Below are positions 47,256-60,702 of a stretch of DNA of 64,000 nucleotides, piece by piece. Positions within the stretch are counted from its first letter, which is position 1. Every line of letters starts with the position of its first letter. Origin of the DNA: Hamiltosporidium tvaerminnensis FI-OER-3-3 (Eukaryota; Fungi; Microsporidia); NCBI GenBank assembly GCA_022605425.2, contig JAKIMF020000005.1:310001-374000 (forward strand), written 5' to 3'. Both the position numbers and the translations under genes were made by a program. The notes beneath the pieces are model-generated. The model did no database searches, was not told the origin of the DNA, and worked only from the letters and a program-made list of their open reading frames with translations.

Positions 47256-48352
47256 ATGTTTGACGTCAACAAAGGCTTTATGATTTTATCTTGTATGTTT
47301 CTAGGTTTTTATTTGGATTATGTGAATACTTCATGGGGTGGCGGAAGGAGCAGTGGTTGGGGTGGCGGATGGGGTGGTATGGGACAAGGTCAAATGCAGA
47401 GCCAAAGCCAAATGCAAGGCCAGGGGCAGATGCAAGGGCAGGGCAAAGACAAGGGCAGATGCAAGGCCAAAGACAGGGGCAGATGCAAGGACAGAGACAA
47501 GGACAAATGCAAGGCCAGGGGCAGATGCAAGGACAAAGACAAGGGCAGATGCAAGGACAGGGGCAGATGCAAGGACAGGGGCAAATGCAAGGACAGGGGC
47601 AAATGCAAGGACAAAGACAAGGGCAGATGCAAGGACAAGGGCAGATGCAAGGACAAGGGCAGATGCAAGGACAAGGGCAAATGCAAGGACAAAGACAAGG
47701 GCAGATGCAAGGACAAAGACAAGGGCAAATGCAAGGACAGGGGCAAATGCAAGGACAGGGACAAATGCAAGGACAGAAACAAATGCAAGGACAAAGACAG
47801 GGACAGATGCAAGGACAGGAGCAAGGGCAAGGTTCGGCTGAAAACCCCGAAAAAATGCAAGGCATAGGTTCACATAAACCCGATAGGCAAGATCCTGGTA
47901 AGCCGGAAACTCAAAACGGAACGAAGAAAGAGGCTAATCCTATGAATAAAAAGGAAGAGAATCTACAGGGAAATGAAAATCCACAAGAAGCTGCTAACTC
48001 TAGGCAGCCAAAAACAGGACTAGAGTCAGGTGCCGATCGACAAATGCAGGGACAACAACAAGGTCAGCAGCAAGGCCAATTTCAAGGGCAGAATCAACGC
48101 CAAATGCAAGCACAACAACAAGGTCAACATCAGTCACAATTTCAGGCGCAACACCAATCTCAGTTCCAGGCACAGCATCAAAGTCAGTATCAAGCACAGC
48201 ATCAAGCACAGCATCAAGGTCAGTTTCAAGGACAACATCAAGGTCAGTTTCAAGGACAACATCAAGGTCAGTTTCAAGGACAGCATCAAGGACAGGGACA
48301 AAATATGTATGGCGGAGGCGGTGGTTGGGGCGGTGGTTGGGGCGGGTGGTAA
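47256..48352 (+). CDS. Secreted Gln/Gly-rich repeat protein with GWGG caps (frameshift at ~47436-47446)
   Basis: Hydrophobic signal peptide, then WGGG..GWGGGWGG and QGQMQG repeats continuing in the 47291-48352 frame, then QGQFQGQH repeats and C-terminal GGGWGGGWGGW. Confidence 0.75.
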
Positions 48353-49536
48353 ACACTTCTTACAAAAATAAAGCTTAATCAAAAATTTAATATGTTTTTA
48401 CATTTAAATGATAAATATTTTTACATTAATAAAATATTTGGTTTAAATATTTTGTAACTGATCTTTAAAATTGGGCATAATTTTTTTTCAACAAAAAAAT
48501 TAAATTTTATCATTGATTTTTTCAATACTTTTAAATTATTAATATCTAATGGAATGTGGTTTATTATGAAATACTTGGTTTTTTAATTTTCTATATAGAA
48601 GAATGTATTTCTTTCGCGCTTCATATCTATTAAAATACATGTATTGTTCATTTATACATATTAATATGATCATCAGATATTCTTTAATTTAAAGTAAACA
48701 GATTTCAAAAAAATCCTTAACGGAATCTCTTATATTTATCTTAGAAAACAATATACTTTAGAGTATATATCACATGCTATTTTGAACTCTAAATTATAAT
48801 TTCAAGAATTTAAATTAAACTATATCTCAACTCTTATCATAATTTTATAAAAAAATATATCCGAAATATTCTTTCTATCAGAAATATTGCTACAATAAAT
48901 AGAAGAATCTGTTTCGTAAAATATTCTTTGCAAGTTATTAAATACTTTAATAAAGCTCAATCTCTAGTCAAATACCATTAAAATAACCATTTTAAAGGTA
49001 TTAAACATTCACAACGTTTTCCGTTTCATTGTTTCTTAAACCCGCTTGGAAATAAACTGTACATCTTGAAAAAATAAACACAAAAAATTTTAATACGTTT
49101 AATTTAAATCGCATTTAGAATAAATAAATTGGATTATAAAATTAACTGCCTTTAAATAAAATCAATCTGATCAAATTAAAACTTAAAAAAAGTTCGTTTT
49201 TTTTAGATTCATATGTTATATTCAAATAGTTTTTGGATAAGACTTTTATTTGTTTAAAATTCTTATTTTTTCACAAGAATTTTAGATATATTTTTATTTA
49301 ATAGATCTATTTAAAGTTATGATATACCGAATTATAATATATTTATTCCATATTTCCACATTTCTATATTTCCACATTTCTATAATATTATATATTTTTT
49401 ACTTATTTCTTTGTTTAGAATAATATTTAAAATAATCTTACTTTTGAAAATATAATACCTTTAGTTTAATAGACAAATACTTATTTCATTACTACGTAAA
49501 CTCATTTGATTTTTTAATGTTTTAATTTCATCATAG

Positions 49537-50316
49537 AAAATAAAAAAAATACATTGGTAGTTCATTTGAAATACATCACATAGAAAAACCATTAAAAATG
49601 ATTTTATCAGAGAAAATGAAATACATTAGTAGTTTATTTGAAATACATCACATAGAAAAACCATTAAAAATGATTTTATCAGAGAAAATGAAATACATTA
49701 GTAGTTTATTTGAAATACATCACATAGAAAAACCATTAAAAATGATTTTATCAGAGAAAATGAAATACATTAGTAGTTTATTTGAAATACATCACATAGA
49801 AAAACCATTAAAAATGATTTTATCAGAGAAAAAAAAATACATTAGTAGTTCATTTGAAATACATCACATAGAAAAACCATTAAAAATGATTTTATCAGAG
49901 AAAATGAAATACATTAGTAGTTTATTTGAAATACATCACATAGAAAAACCATTAAAAATGATTTTATCAGAGAAAATGAAATACATTAGTAGTTTATTTG
50001 AAATACATCACATAGAAAAACCATTAAAAATGATTTTATCAGGAAAAAAATACATTAGTAGTTCATTTGAATACATCACATGAAAACCATTAAAAATGAT
50101 TTTATCAGAGAAAAAAAAATACATTAGTAGTTCATTTGAAATACATCACATAGAAAAACCATTAAAAATGATTTTATCAGAGAAAAAAAATACATTGGTA
50201 GTTTATTTGAAATACATCACATAGAAAAACCATTAAAAATGATTTTATCAGAGAAAAAAAAATACATTGGTAGTTCATTTGAAATACATCACATAGAAAA
50301 ACCATTAAAAATGATT
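49537..50316. repeat. 72-bp tandem repeat, about 11 copies
   Basis: GAAATACATCACATAGAAAAACCATTAAAAATGATTTTATCAGAGAAAATGAAATACATTAGTAGTTTATTT with period 72. Confidence 0.95.
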
Positions 50317-51645
50317 TCATCGCCTTTTTTTATCGATCAAAATATAAATTATGTTGTAAAATTTACATTTTAACATTTTATTATATTTAATTCATTTTCA
50401 AACAATCTATAATAAACTCTATAAAGTCTAGATTTATTGTCTTTCATTTTAGCTTATATATCTAAAACTTATTTCAATTTAAAATTTATTCAAATTTTAA
50501 AACAAATTTGCTATAATTTTAAGAAATAGATATAAAATTGTCCATAGGATTTAAAGAATTACATTTCTGCTTCAAACATAATAAGTTTAAAATAATTTTA
50601 AACTTCTTCAATATTTTTACAAGATTTATATCTGTATTTTAAGAAAAAAAAATCATCTATTTCTCTAGTGATAGCTTTGTATTTTATATAACAATAGATA
50701 GCTTATTCTTATATAATTCTTTTTACCAATGGTGAGTAGCGTAACAACTCTTAAAGAGCCTGAGGTTTTTTTACGATTTTTCTCCAATCTTTTATATTTC
50801 TGTTCAATTGATTAATTAAGAAAATATCTGTTAAATCGAATGACATTATATCGTTACTTTTATAAAACCCGGTGTGCTGCTTTTAATTTTTACTCGTTGT
50901 ATTATTGATACTAAAAACATTTATAAATTAATGTTTCAAAGCAATGATAAAACCTTTATTTACAGGTAAAAAGTATTTATCAAAGAAATAAACCGTTTTT
51001 AATAATTTTTTATTGCCGATTTTATTGATTCTCTCTAATTTGAAGTGTTTTTATTTTCTTCTAAAAGTTTAAGAAGGTCACAAAAATATATGTTCGTTTC
51101 GTCATTTAAGACTATGTACCTCGATTTTAAACATAATATAGACTATTATCTGTATATTCTAAACTTATTACATTTATTCTGGAAGGTCTTGGTATTTTTT
51201 CTCGTTGAAATTACAATCCAAAAAAAATCTTTATTTCTAAAATAATATACTTATAGTTTATACTCAACCAAATAATATTTCAAAACTTTTAAAAACAGAT
51301 GTTTTGAAGCGTAGAAAAACAAGTAAAGGCGTATAAATAACGGAAAATTTTATGGGAAAAAAGCCTTAAGGTTTATTTTTGGGAAATTTGCACACAAACC
51401 ATCAATTTTTTGTGAGAATTAAATATTGGAAAAAACATTACTGAATCTCATACAAAGAGCTGAGCGACGCATGCAGCCTCTATTCCTTTTATATATTGGT
51501 AGCAAAGGGGAATATTTTAATAAATAGAGATTTCGCGGCTAGATCTTAACTTAAACAATACAACACGACATAAATCAACTCAAAAATCTGAAAATTGAAT
51601 GAAATAGGAAAGATGATAAAGCGAGTATAAAAAGTTATAACAACA

Positions 51646-52038
51646 CAACGACTTGAAGAACAAATTTTCAATAAATTAAATAAATTAAATGATAAATAGA
51701 AAACTTCATATATTTATAACAAAACAACGACTTGAAGAACAAATTTTCAATAAATTAAATAAATTAAATGATAAATAGAAAACTTCATATATTTATAACA
51801 AAACAACGACTTGAAGAACAAATTTTCAATAAATTAAATAAATTAAATGATAAATAGAAAACTTCATATATTTATAACAAAACAACGACTTGAAGAACAA
51901 ATTTTCAATAAATTAAATAAATTAAATGATAAATAGAAAACTTCATATATTTATAACAAAACAACGACTTGAAGAACAAATTTTCAATAAATTAAATAAA
52001 TTAAATGATAAATAGAAAACTTCATATATTTATAACAA
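51646..52038. repeat. 79-bp tandem repeat, 5 near-perfect copies
   Basis: CAACGACTTGAAGAACAAATTTTC recurs at 51646, 51725, 51804, 51883 and 51962. Confidence 0.95.
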
Positions 52039-52069
52039 ACCATTAAATTTAGTTTTAAAATAATTTTTT

Positions 52070-52729
52070 TTAATTTTTCATTTGCTTTCTTTTAGGAATT
52101 TTATTTGTGAGTGTTTCCTTCCAATCATTGGTTACTAAGAAATCTGCAAATATTTCAAAAACATGATTTGTTGCAAGGGTGGTTGATGAAAATATTTTAA
52201 TATTTTCCTTTATAGGTAATTTATAACAAGGTATATTTAAATTGGTAAAAATATTGTACGAATATCCTTTGTGTCTGTTTTTATCAACCAATCCACCAAT
52301 AACATACAATGTATGTTCTTCAATACATTCTAGAGATGTAGGTGCATCAGAAGATAGAAATACAACATTTTCAACACCGAAAAGTGACAAGCACTTTTCT
52401 TTATAAGAAAAATCTAAAAATAACGATTCGTTGATTTTTAAAATATTCCATTTTTCTGAATCTACAGGCATATATTCTCTTATCTGTTCATAATTAGAAA
52501 AAACAAGATTTACAGGATATATTGTTCGTTTATTAACAGAATAAATGGTTTTTAATTGGTTAGATAAACTTTTTAGTTCTTTTTCTTTCATTAAATTATT
52601 ATTGTTCAATATTTCTATACAAAATGTTATTTTTTTCTGATATTGAACTATCGGTATAAATTTTTTAGTTTTGGATTGTTTTTTCTTTTGAACAATTGAA
52701 GATTCTTTAAATAATTTTTTTATGTCCAT
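52070..52729 (-). CDS. TRM10: tRNA (guanine-9-N1)-methyltransferase
   Basis: LSSDA, YVIGGLVDKNRHKG, LPI, LATNHVFEI and IPKRK motifs. Likely start MDIKK at 52729. Confidence 0.9.
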   Translation of the reverse strand: MDIKKLFKESSIVQKKKQSKTKKFIPIVQYQKKITFCIEILNNNNLMKEKELKSLSNQLKTIYSVNKRTIYPVNLVFSNYEQIREYMPVDSEKWNILKINESLFLDFSYKEKCLSLFGVENVVFLSSDAPTSLECIEEHTLYVIGGLVDKNRHKGYSYNIFTNLNIPCYKLPIKENIKIFSSTTLATNHVFEIFADFLVTNDWKETLTNKIPKRKQMKN

Positions 52730-53167
52730 TTTTTTTCCTGTTTTTTTAGATGAGAAAAAAATGATATTTTTTATTATAAAAAATTTAGTAAATCTATGAG
52801 TCATTGAAAAAAATAAAAAAAAGTGTAAAATATTTTGATTTGGGTAAAAACTGAAAGATATAACTTTTTTTTTAGTTGGAAATAACAAAACTAAACACTT
52901 AAATTATTTTAAGTTCTACTAAAGACAAATAATGTCTTTTACTTTGAAATTGTAAATTTCTAAAAAATATTTCAAATATTTCAAATATTAAAAAATTATA
53001 ACAAATAATTCTTTGAAATTGTAAGTTTATAAAAAATATTTCAAATATTAAAAAATATAACAAATAATACTTCAAAATTTATTTTTTTACTTTATAAAAC
53101 TCTTCAAATCTTCTTCGTACAAAAGAAATACAGTTCGCGATTTCTAATATTTCAAAATTTTATTTTT

Positions 53168-53971
53168 TCACAAAATTTTTCCGATTTTTTTCAAAACGAA
53201 AAGTACATCCAGAGCTGTCATTCTTTGATCAACATCTACTTCTAAACACCCAAGTATAATTCTTAATAAAAATTCTGGAATATTTCCGGTTTTAGAAATA
53301 ATAAAATTTAAAAACTCTTTTTTAGATCTTTGTGTTTCTCTTAAAATTATAGATAATTGATCTACTTTATCTTTACCTGGAAACAAAGGTGTACCTGTAA
53401 TACTTTCTGCTATAATACAACCAATACTCCACATATCGATATAAAAACTGTATGTAGTACAACCTACCAACAATTCTGGTGATCTGTACCATAAAGTTAT
53501 AACCTCACTGGAATATGATGGCATATCTATATTAAGATTTCTTGCTAAACCAAAATCTGCAATTTTTAAAATTCCATTGGAAGTCACAAGTATATTTTGT
53601 GGTTTCAAATCTCTATGAATTATCATATTCTCATGGATATAAGCCACACCTTCCAACAATTGTTTAATAATTTCAAATAAATTTACTCTCCCATAAATAG
53701 TAAAATAATCTTTTAAATCATAATCGATATATTCAAACACAAGTGTTAATATCTTTTCTCCATGAACAACTGTGTATAGTTTTAATACATTTTCATGTTC
53801 TAAAGATTTTAATATACTTATTTCTCTCATTGCTGTGCTGGGCATTCCTTCATTTGAACAGAGTGTTATTCTTTTAAGTGCTACTCTTTTGTTTGTAATT
53901 GTGTCGTGTCCTTCAAATACTTGTGAATATGTTCCGGAACCAAGAAATCTTTTTTGGATGTAACGTGACAT
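53168..53971 (-). CDS. Cyclin-dependent kinase, Pho85-like (PSTAMRE)
   Basis: [47 protein letters not shown] and [11 protein letters not shown] motifs. Confidence 0.92.
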   Translation of the reverse strand: MSRYIQKRFLGSGTYSQVFEGHDTITNKRVALKRITLCSNEGMPSTAMREISILKSLEHENVLKLYTVVHGEKILTLVFEYIDYDLKDYFTIYGRVNLFEIIKQLLEGVAYIHENMIIHRDLKPQNILVTSNGILKIADFGLARNLNIDMPSYSSEVITLWYRSPELLVGCTTYSFYIDMWSIGCIIAESITGTPLFPGKDKVDQLSIILRETQRSKKEFLNFIISKTGNIPEFLLRIILGCLEVDVDQRMTALDVLFVLKKIGKIL

Positions 53972-54204
53972 TTATTTGTAATTTGTTTTTTTTTGATTTT
54001 TATTTACATTATTTTTTTTTAAAAAAGAAAAAATTAGTTTTTAATTGGATTTTTTTTACTAAAAGGATTTATGCGCATAAATTATATTATGAAATTGTTT
54101 TATGCGCATGATATAGCAATCTAAATTATTAGTTGTTCAAAAAATATTTTAATTATAAAAAAATGTATATTTAAAGAAAAAAATATGATTATTTTAAAAA
54201 AATC

Positions 54205-54420
54205 AGTAAGTTGAAGAAAGTATAGAAATATAAATTAGTAAGTTGAAGAATGTATAGAAACATAGAATTCAATAAACATGAGAAAGTGTAAATATAGAAT
54301 TCAATAAACATGAGAAAGTGTAAATATAGAATTCAATAAACATAAGAAAGTGTAAACATAGAATTCAATAGGAATGAGAAAGTCTAAAATATAGAATTCA
54401 ATAGGAATGAGAAAGTGCAG
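54205..54420. repeat. ~32-bp imperfect tandem repeat
   Basis: ATAGAATTCAATAAACATGAGAAAGTGTAA repeated about 5 times. Confidence 0.85.
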
Positions 54421-54749
54421 AAACATATTTCGATTAAAAAAAATGCAAATGAAAATATAGAATCATTAAGAATATAAAAATATATAAATTAAAATATAAA
54501 TTAATTGAAATACATGTAAGTATAATTACATTTACAAATAACCTTTGAATAAATAAATGTGAATAAGAATACAAAAATAATTTTATTTTTTTACATTCGT
54601 TCGATTAAAAATATTTTTTTTTAAACAGTAAAAACTACTACAAATTTAAATGAAAATTTATTTTTAAATTTTTACTTCCTAATTTATACATTATTTTTAA
54701 ATATTTATAAAATTAAATAAAATATGAAATAACTGTAACTGATTTGAAT

Positions 54750-56299
54750 TTATTTAATAAAATTCTGGGTTAAAATATTTTTACCATTTTTATATGTTTT
54801 CTTCTACCTCTTTAACTACTTTTGTCTCTTCTTCCAAATCCGACTCTTTATTTATGTTGTTGGTCGGTTCCTCTAAAGTGGTTCCTCCTTGTAAAATAAA
54901 GGGTGCTTTATTTTTCGGTTTAAAATTTTTTGCACCATCTTCCTCTCTCTTCTCTTCTTTTAAAGAGAGTTTTAATTCCACATGCATCTCTGATCTCATA
55001 ATAACACTTATTGACGCTCTCTTCGGCATTTAGTCCTGACTCAAGTCCTCTTCGTCGATCAAAGGAAATTGTTTCGACTGTTTTCTTAGTACTATAGACT
55101 AAATATATGCCTCTACATTCATGGGTATTTCTAGTCTTTTAAGATGATATTTATGGTATTTTGTCACAATACCGTCCCAGGTCATCACATAAGGGATTAT
55201 CTCAACAATACACTTATAAATAAGACCTAACTCATTGGCTAGCAGGTCATACTTCCTAAATTTTTCAGTTTCAACTATTTGAAGTGAATCTTGGGAAGTG
55301 ATTCCTACTTCAATGTGTGTTATCTTATTCTTCTTCTTATCTAAAATAAATATGTCCGGTCTGTTATTCCGAATTTTAACATCAGTTTTAATTCTGGTGT
55401 CCACTCTTATCTCTGCATACTCATTATTAAGAATTTCTTGAACTGAGTGACTCATATTCGTTTTGAAGACTTAAACTTATATCTATTTAAGAGATGTAAG
55501 TGTAGGCATCTAATTACTTTCTTATGCCGTCTAGTGTAGTCATGCCCTAGCATTTTTTCACATCTAGTTGCTAGATGATCTACAGTCTTCCCAGACTTCC
55601 CGCAATGTTGAAACATACCATCTGTTTCCCAGAATACTTTTCTATCCTGGATATAGCAGAACACAGCTTCATTGCGTGGCCTAATATTCCCTTTCTTAAG
55701 CCATCTTGAAGAGTCACTAACACTTACAAGCTCATTTTTCCTTGCATTATATAACTTTGAATGGAGTTTTCGTTTTTCTATTTCGTTATATAGTTTTGTA
55801 AGTTGAGATTTTTCTAAACTTTTCTTAGTAACTTCTTCTACTTACCTATACTTTACTTTTAAGAAGCCTTTTATCAGTGCAAGATGGGTTTTATTATTAT
55901 TTTCCACTTTTGAGATTGCTGCTCTTCTAGTTGATATTTCTTTACTTTTTTCAAGACAATCCAAGAGTTGCAGAAGCCTATGTTCGCTTCGCAACTCAAC
56001 ACTATTTAGGTCTCTTCCAAGTTCTGTTCTAGTAAGATACAAACGCTCTTTACAAGACGATGTATCTTATTCTTCACCAACACCGCATTACCTGCATCAT
56101 CTAACTTAGAGAAGTCAGCCGGTTCAAGTCGAAGTACTCCATGTGATAGTTGATTAACGATATCGCATGTTGATTGATTGCAGAAAATAAATTTTTTGAG
56201 TTTAATCTAGTGTGAAAAAGTCTTTCAAGTCCTGATAAAAGTTTGCTCTGTACTTCTTCAAATGAGCTACGTCTTGGGATTCCTCTGCTATCTTCTATT
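54750..56299 (-). mobile_element. 5'-truncated RLE non-LTR retrotransposon attached to RhoGAP copy 2
   Basis: Same sequence and same 5' junction (..KIEDSRG) as 3271-4838, with multiple stops and indels. Confidence 0.88.
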
Positions 56300-56375
56300 T
56301 TAAATAATTTTAAAAATATATTCAAATATAGTTAAAAAATAAAATGAAAACATTAAAAGTGGAAAATTAAAGGAT

Positions 56376-57581
56376 TTATTGATTTTTAGCTACCGAAAAT
56401 GCTTCTTCATACAAAAAACAAGGGATTTCTGTTAAATTTGACTCAAAAATTCTTTTTACAATCTTAATTTGCAAATTTATGGATTGCAAATCATAATATT
56501 CAATATTTGGAAAAATAGTGGGAGTAAAAATTTTATATAGATTATCTGACCCCATTTTATTATCTTTTGAATACCGATCAACTTTTCGAAAGATTTTCTG
56601 TAAATAGATAAGCATCTTTCTATTTTCATTTGTAATCGAAAATATTATTAAAGGCACAATATATTCTATTATTGAAGGATCCGTCTGGTTTTTTATTATT
56701 TTCATCACCCTTTCTGCAATCTGAACTGAAATTATCCCATTCATTATCTCCCGAATATATGCTTTAAAAATTGAAGCGTTGTCATGAACAGATAACTCCG
56801 TATAATCATATCTCTTTCCTGCAGCTAAAACACCCGGCATAAATTTATAATAGGTATATTTACCGGAAATTCTAAACAATCCCTCTTTTTTGATTCCTTC
56901 ATCCATAATATGGTCACCAACGGTATAAACAAATGCATTTGCTTTTTTTATATGATAAGAATCTTTCTTAAACGAAGATCTGAATATATCTGAAATTTTT
57001 TCTAAAATATTATCTTTAAAGCTGGATCTATATTTACGAAGCTTCTTAAAGCAAAAACAAGCCAATGTGATCTTTTCTATATCCCTAAGTGAATCATATT
57101 TTATAGAATCTTTAGATTTTGTTTCCTTGTTTTCTAATTTATTAAAAGAAATTTCTTGTTTTTTATCTCGAGATGGTTTATTTACCAGCTTTGATTGAAA
57201 ATAAATTTCATTTTTTTTGTATATCATTATAGGAAATTTATATTCCATATGATATTTTAACATCGGGAATCTCTTATCTTCATGATTCCAAATATTAGTT
57301 TCATGTATTTTTACTGCTACATTTTCAAGAAAGGATAAATTTGCTTTTTTTAAATCTTCTTTAGATTTTATACTCTCTTCTTCTTTCTCCTTTAATTTCA
57401 AATTTTTAATAATCCTAAATATACTTTTATGTATATTTCCCATATCATTAATATCTTGCTTGCATTCATCGATTTTATTTAAGATTCCAATCAGTTCACT
57501 CGATTCAAGTCCCTGATTTTTTGTTACTTCTGAAATATTAATTTTTTTAATATTTCCGCTGTTCTTTATTTTGCCAATCAT
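56376..57581 (-). CDS. RhoGAP domain protein (copy 2)
   Basis: Intact 401 aa ORF, highly similar to 1990-3195, with EGLFRISG retained. Confidence 0.9.
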   Translation of the reverse strand: MIGKIKNSGNIKKINISEVTKNQGLESSELIGILNKIDECKQDINDMGNIHKSIFRIIKNLKLKEKEEESIKSKEDLKKANLSFLENVAVKIHETNIWNHEDKRFPMLKYHMEYKFPIMIYKKNEIYFQSKLVNKPSRDKKQEISFNKLENKETKSKDSIKYDSLRDIEKITLACFCFKKLRKYRSSFKDNILEKISDIFRSSFKKDSYHIKKANAFVYTVGDHIMDEGIKKEGLFRISGKYTYYKFMPGVLAAGKRYDYTELSVHDNASIFKAYIREIMNGIISVQIAERVMKIIKNQTDPSIIEYIVPLIIFSITNENRKMLIYLQKIFRKVDRYSKDNKMGSDNLYKIFTPTIFPNIEYYDLQSINLQIKIVKRIFESNLTEIPCFLYEEAFSVAKNQ

Positions 57582-59057
57582 TTGTTTATTATTGTTTTTT
57601 TTATTATATAGATTTCAAATCGAGTGTTTGTTTATAAATCTGCATTGATTTTCTTTATCTTAAACAAGGTGTATCAAAATGAAAAAAGGTTATTAATATA
57701 TCTTTTAATCTTATTTTAATTTCCTTAATGATATTACATCAGATATTAAATTAATTTTTAATAAAATTCATCTACCATTTATTATCATATCTTATATTGT
57801 TAACTTTAGATAAAATACTAAACAATTGACTATTTTAAATCATCAATTGAAGCTTTTCTTATGTTTTGTAAGAAAAGAGATTTGTTTAAGCTGAATTATT
57901 TTAAAATCTTTTATTCTTTTATCTATTATTTTTTAAATTAAAAAGTGTATTCGAGCAGAGTGATTGTAAATAGCTAAAATATATATTTTCTCGAATTAGA
58001 CGTAATTTAATAAAAATATCGACTTAATAGTACTTTATATCTGATAGAATAGAATTAAAAAAGAATTTTACATTTTATTTTAGTATGTAGATATTTTTTA
58101 CCCTTATCAGCAAGCAAATGGGATTATTTAAGTCCTACATTTTATTTGAATTTATATATTTTAAAAATTATTAGCTACTGAATGAGATTATAAGTCCGAC
58201 TTTTATAATTAAATTTTAAATATTTTATCAAAAAATACTTTTCTTCGGATTACTCACTATAAAACATCTTTTATATCAAGTCGCAATCATAGTATAATTT
58301 ATAAACCGAAAATTTTGTTTTAATCTTTTTTATTTATACTCCAATACGTGCCAAAATCTTTGATAGATTAAAAACACAAGTAAATGCAATCGTTCGATGT
58401 CTATCAGGCAACAAAGATAACATAGTAAATTAATAGCATAATATATTGTAAAATACTAGTAATCCACTGTATGTTTGCAACAGAATTTTTTGGGTAACAC
58501 ACGGGAAATAAAACATAATTAGATGCTAAGCATAATATTATATCGAGGATATATCTCATACTAGCATTCTATACACTTAAAGTATTATTTTAATTTAATA
58601 TAAATGAAATTAAGAAATTTTTTTGTTTAAGATTTATTCTTATATAGTTTAAACTCGGAATAAAATTCAAGATTGGACCTGTTATCATATTTATTTAAAA
58701 AAATCTTCTTAATACAAAAACTTAATTCTATTGTTTTGATCTTTAAGTTACTTGGTTAGTATTTAGAACTTGTAAATAAAAATTAGGAACCCAAAGTATA
58801 CGAATTAAATGCCAAAACGATCATACAGGCATCATTTTATTTAAAAAGATTAAAACTAAATCATCGAATAAAATTAAGATTGAATTTATAAGAAATTTAT
58901 TAGAATGAATTAAATTAATGTGAAATTATATTAGGATGGAATATAAGATTTTAATTTTTAAAGAATTAAAATTAAATTAAAAATACATTTAAAGAAGAAG
59001 GTGTAGTAGAATAAATTGTTTTACTTATTTAATAGTATATATCTAAGTATATTTTTA

Positions 59058-60626
59058 TTATTTAATAAAATTCTAGGTTAAAATGGTTTTACGATTTTTA
59101 TATGTTTTCTTCTACCTCTTTAACCACTTTTGTCTCTTCTTCCAAATCCGACTCTTTATTTATGTTACTGATCGGTTCCTCTATAGTGGTTCCTCCTTGT
59201 GAAATAAAGGGTGCTTTATTTCGGTTTAAAATTTTTTGCACCATCTTCCTCTCTCGTCTCTTCTTTTAAAGGGGGTGTTAATTCCTCATGCATCTCTGCT
59301 CTTATAATAACACCCATTGACGCTCTCTCCCAGCTCTCTTCGGCATTTAGTCCTGACTTAAGTCCTCTTCGTCGAACAAAGGAAATTGTTTCGAAGTTTT
59401 CTTAAGTACTATAGACTGAATGTTTGCCTCTACATTCATGGGTATTTCCAGTCTTTTAAGATGAGATTTATGGTATTTTGTCACAATACCGTCCTAGGTC
59501 ATTACATAAGGGATTATCTCAACACTACACTTATAAATAAGACCCAAATCATTGGCTAGCAGGTCATACTTCCTAAGTTTTTCAGTTTCAACTATTTGAA
59601 GTGAATCTTGGGAAGTAATTCCTACTTCAATTAGTGTTATCTTATTCTTCTTCTTATCTAAAATAAATATGTCGGGTATGTTATTCCGAATTTTAACATC
59701 AGTTTTTATTCTGGTGTCCACTCTTATCTCTGCATACTCATTATCAAGAATTTCTTGAACTGAGTGGCTCCTTATTCGTTTTGAAGACTTAAACTTATAT
59801 CTATTTAGAAGAAGAAGGTGTAGGCATCTAACCACTTCATTATGCCGTCTAGTGTAATCATGGCCTAGCATTTTTTTTCACATCTAGTTGCTAGATGATC
59901 CACAGTCTTACCAGACTTCCCGCAATGTTGACACACACCATCTGCTCCCCAGAATACATTTCTATCCTGGATATAGCAGAACACAGCTTCATTTCGTGGC
60001 CTAATATTTCCTCTATTTAGCCACCTTGAAGAGTCAATAACACTTACAAGCTCATTTTTCCTTGCATTATATAACTTTGAATGGAGTTTTCGTTTTTCTA
60101 TTTCGTTATATAGTTTTGCAAGTTGAGCTTCTTCTAAACTTTTCTTAGTGACTTCTTCTACCAACCTGTACTTTACTTTTAAGAAGCCTTTTATTAGTGC
60201 AAGATGGGTTTTATTATTATTCTCCACCTTGAGGATTGCTGCTAGTCTAGTTGATATTTCTTTACTTTTTTCCAGACAATCCAAGAGTTGCAGAAGCATA
60301 TGTTCGCTTCGCAACTCAACACTATGTAGGCCTCTTTCAAGTTCTGTTTTAGGGAGGTATAAACGCTCTTTACATCCTGGGCGAAGATGTATCTTATTAT
60401 TCACCAACACCGCACGAACTGCCTTACCTAACTTAGAGAAGTCAGCCGGTTCAAAGTCGAAGTACTCCATGTGATAGTCGATTAACAGATCGCATGTTGA
60501 TTGATTGCAGAAAATAATTTTTTTGCATTTAATCTAGTGTGAAAAAGTCTTTCAACTCTTGATATAAGTTTGCTCTGTACTTCTTCAAATAGACTACGTG
60601 TTGGAATTCCTCTGCTATCTTCTATT
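59058..60626 (-). mobile_element. 5'-truncated RLE non-LTR retrotransposon attached to RhoGAP copy 3
   Basis: Same junction and motifs (CQHC..H..C, RHN, PD..IEVG). Confidence 0.88.
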
Positions 60627-60702
60627 TTAAATAATTTAAAAAATATATTAAAATATAGTTAAAAAATAAAATGAAAATATTAAAAGTGGAAAATTAAAGG
60701 AT

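Noticed and set aside
47278-47873. Cys/Pro-rich, Leu/Ser-rich and KDKGRC alternative-frame ORFs
   Set aside because: Shadow frames of the Gln/Gly repeat. The metallothionein-like look is an artefact.
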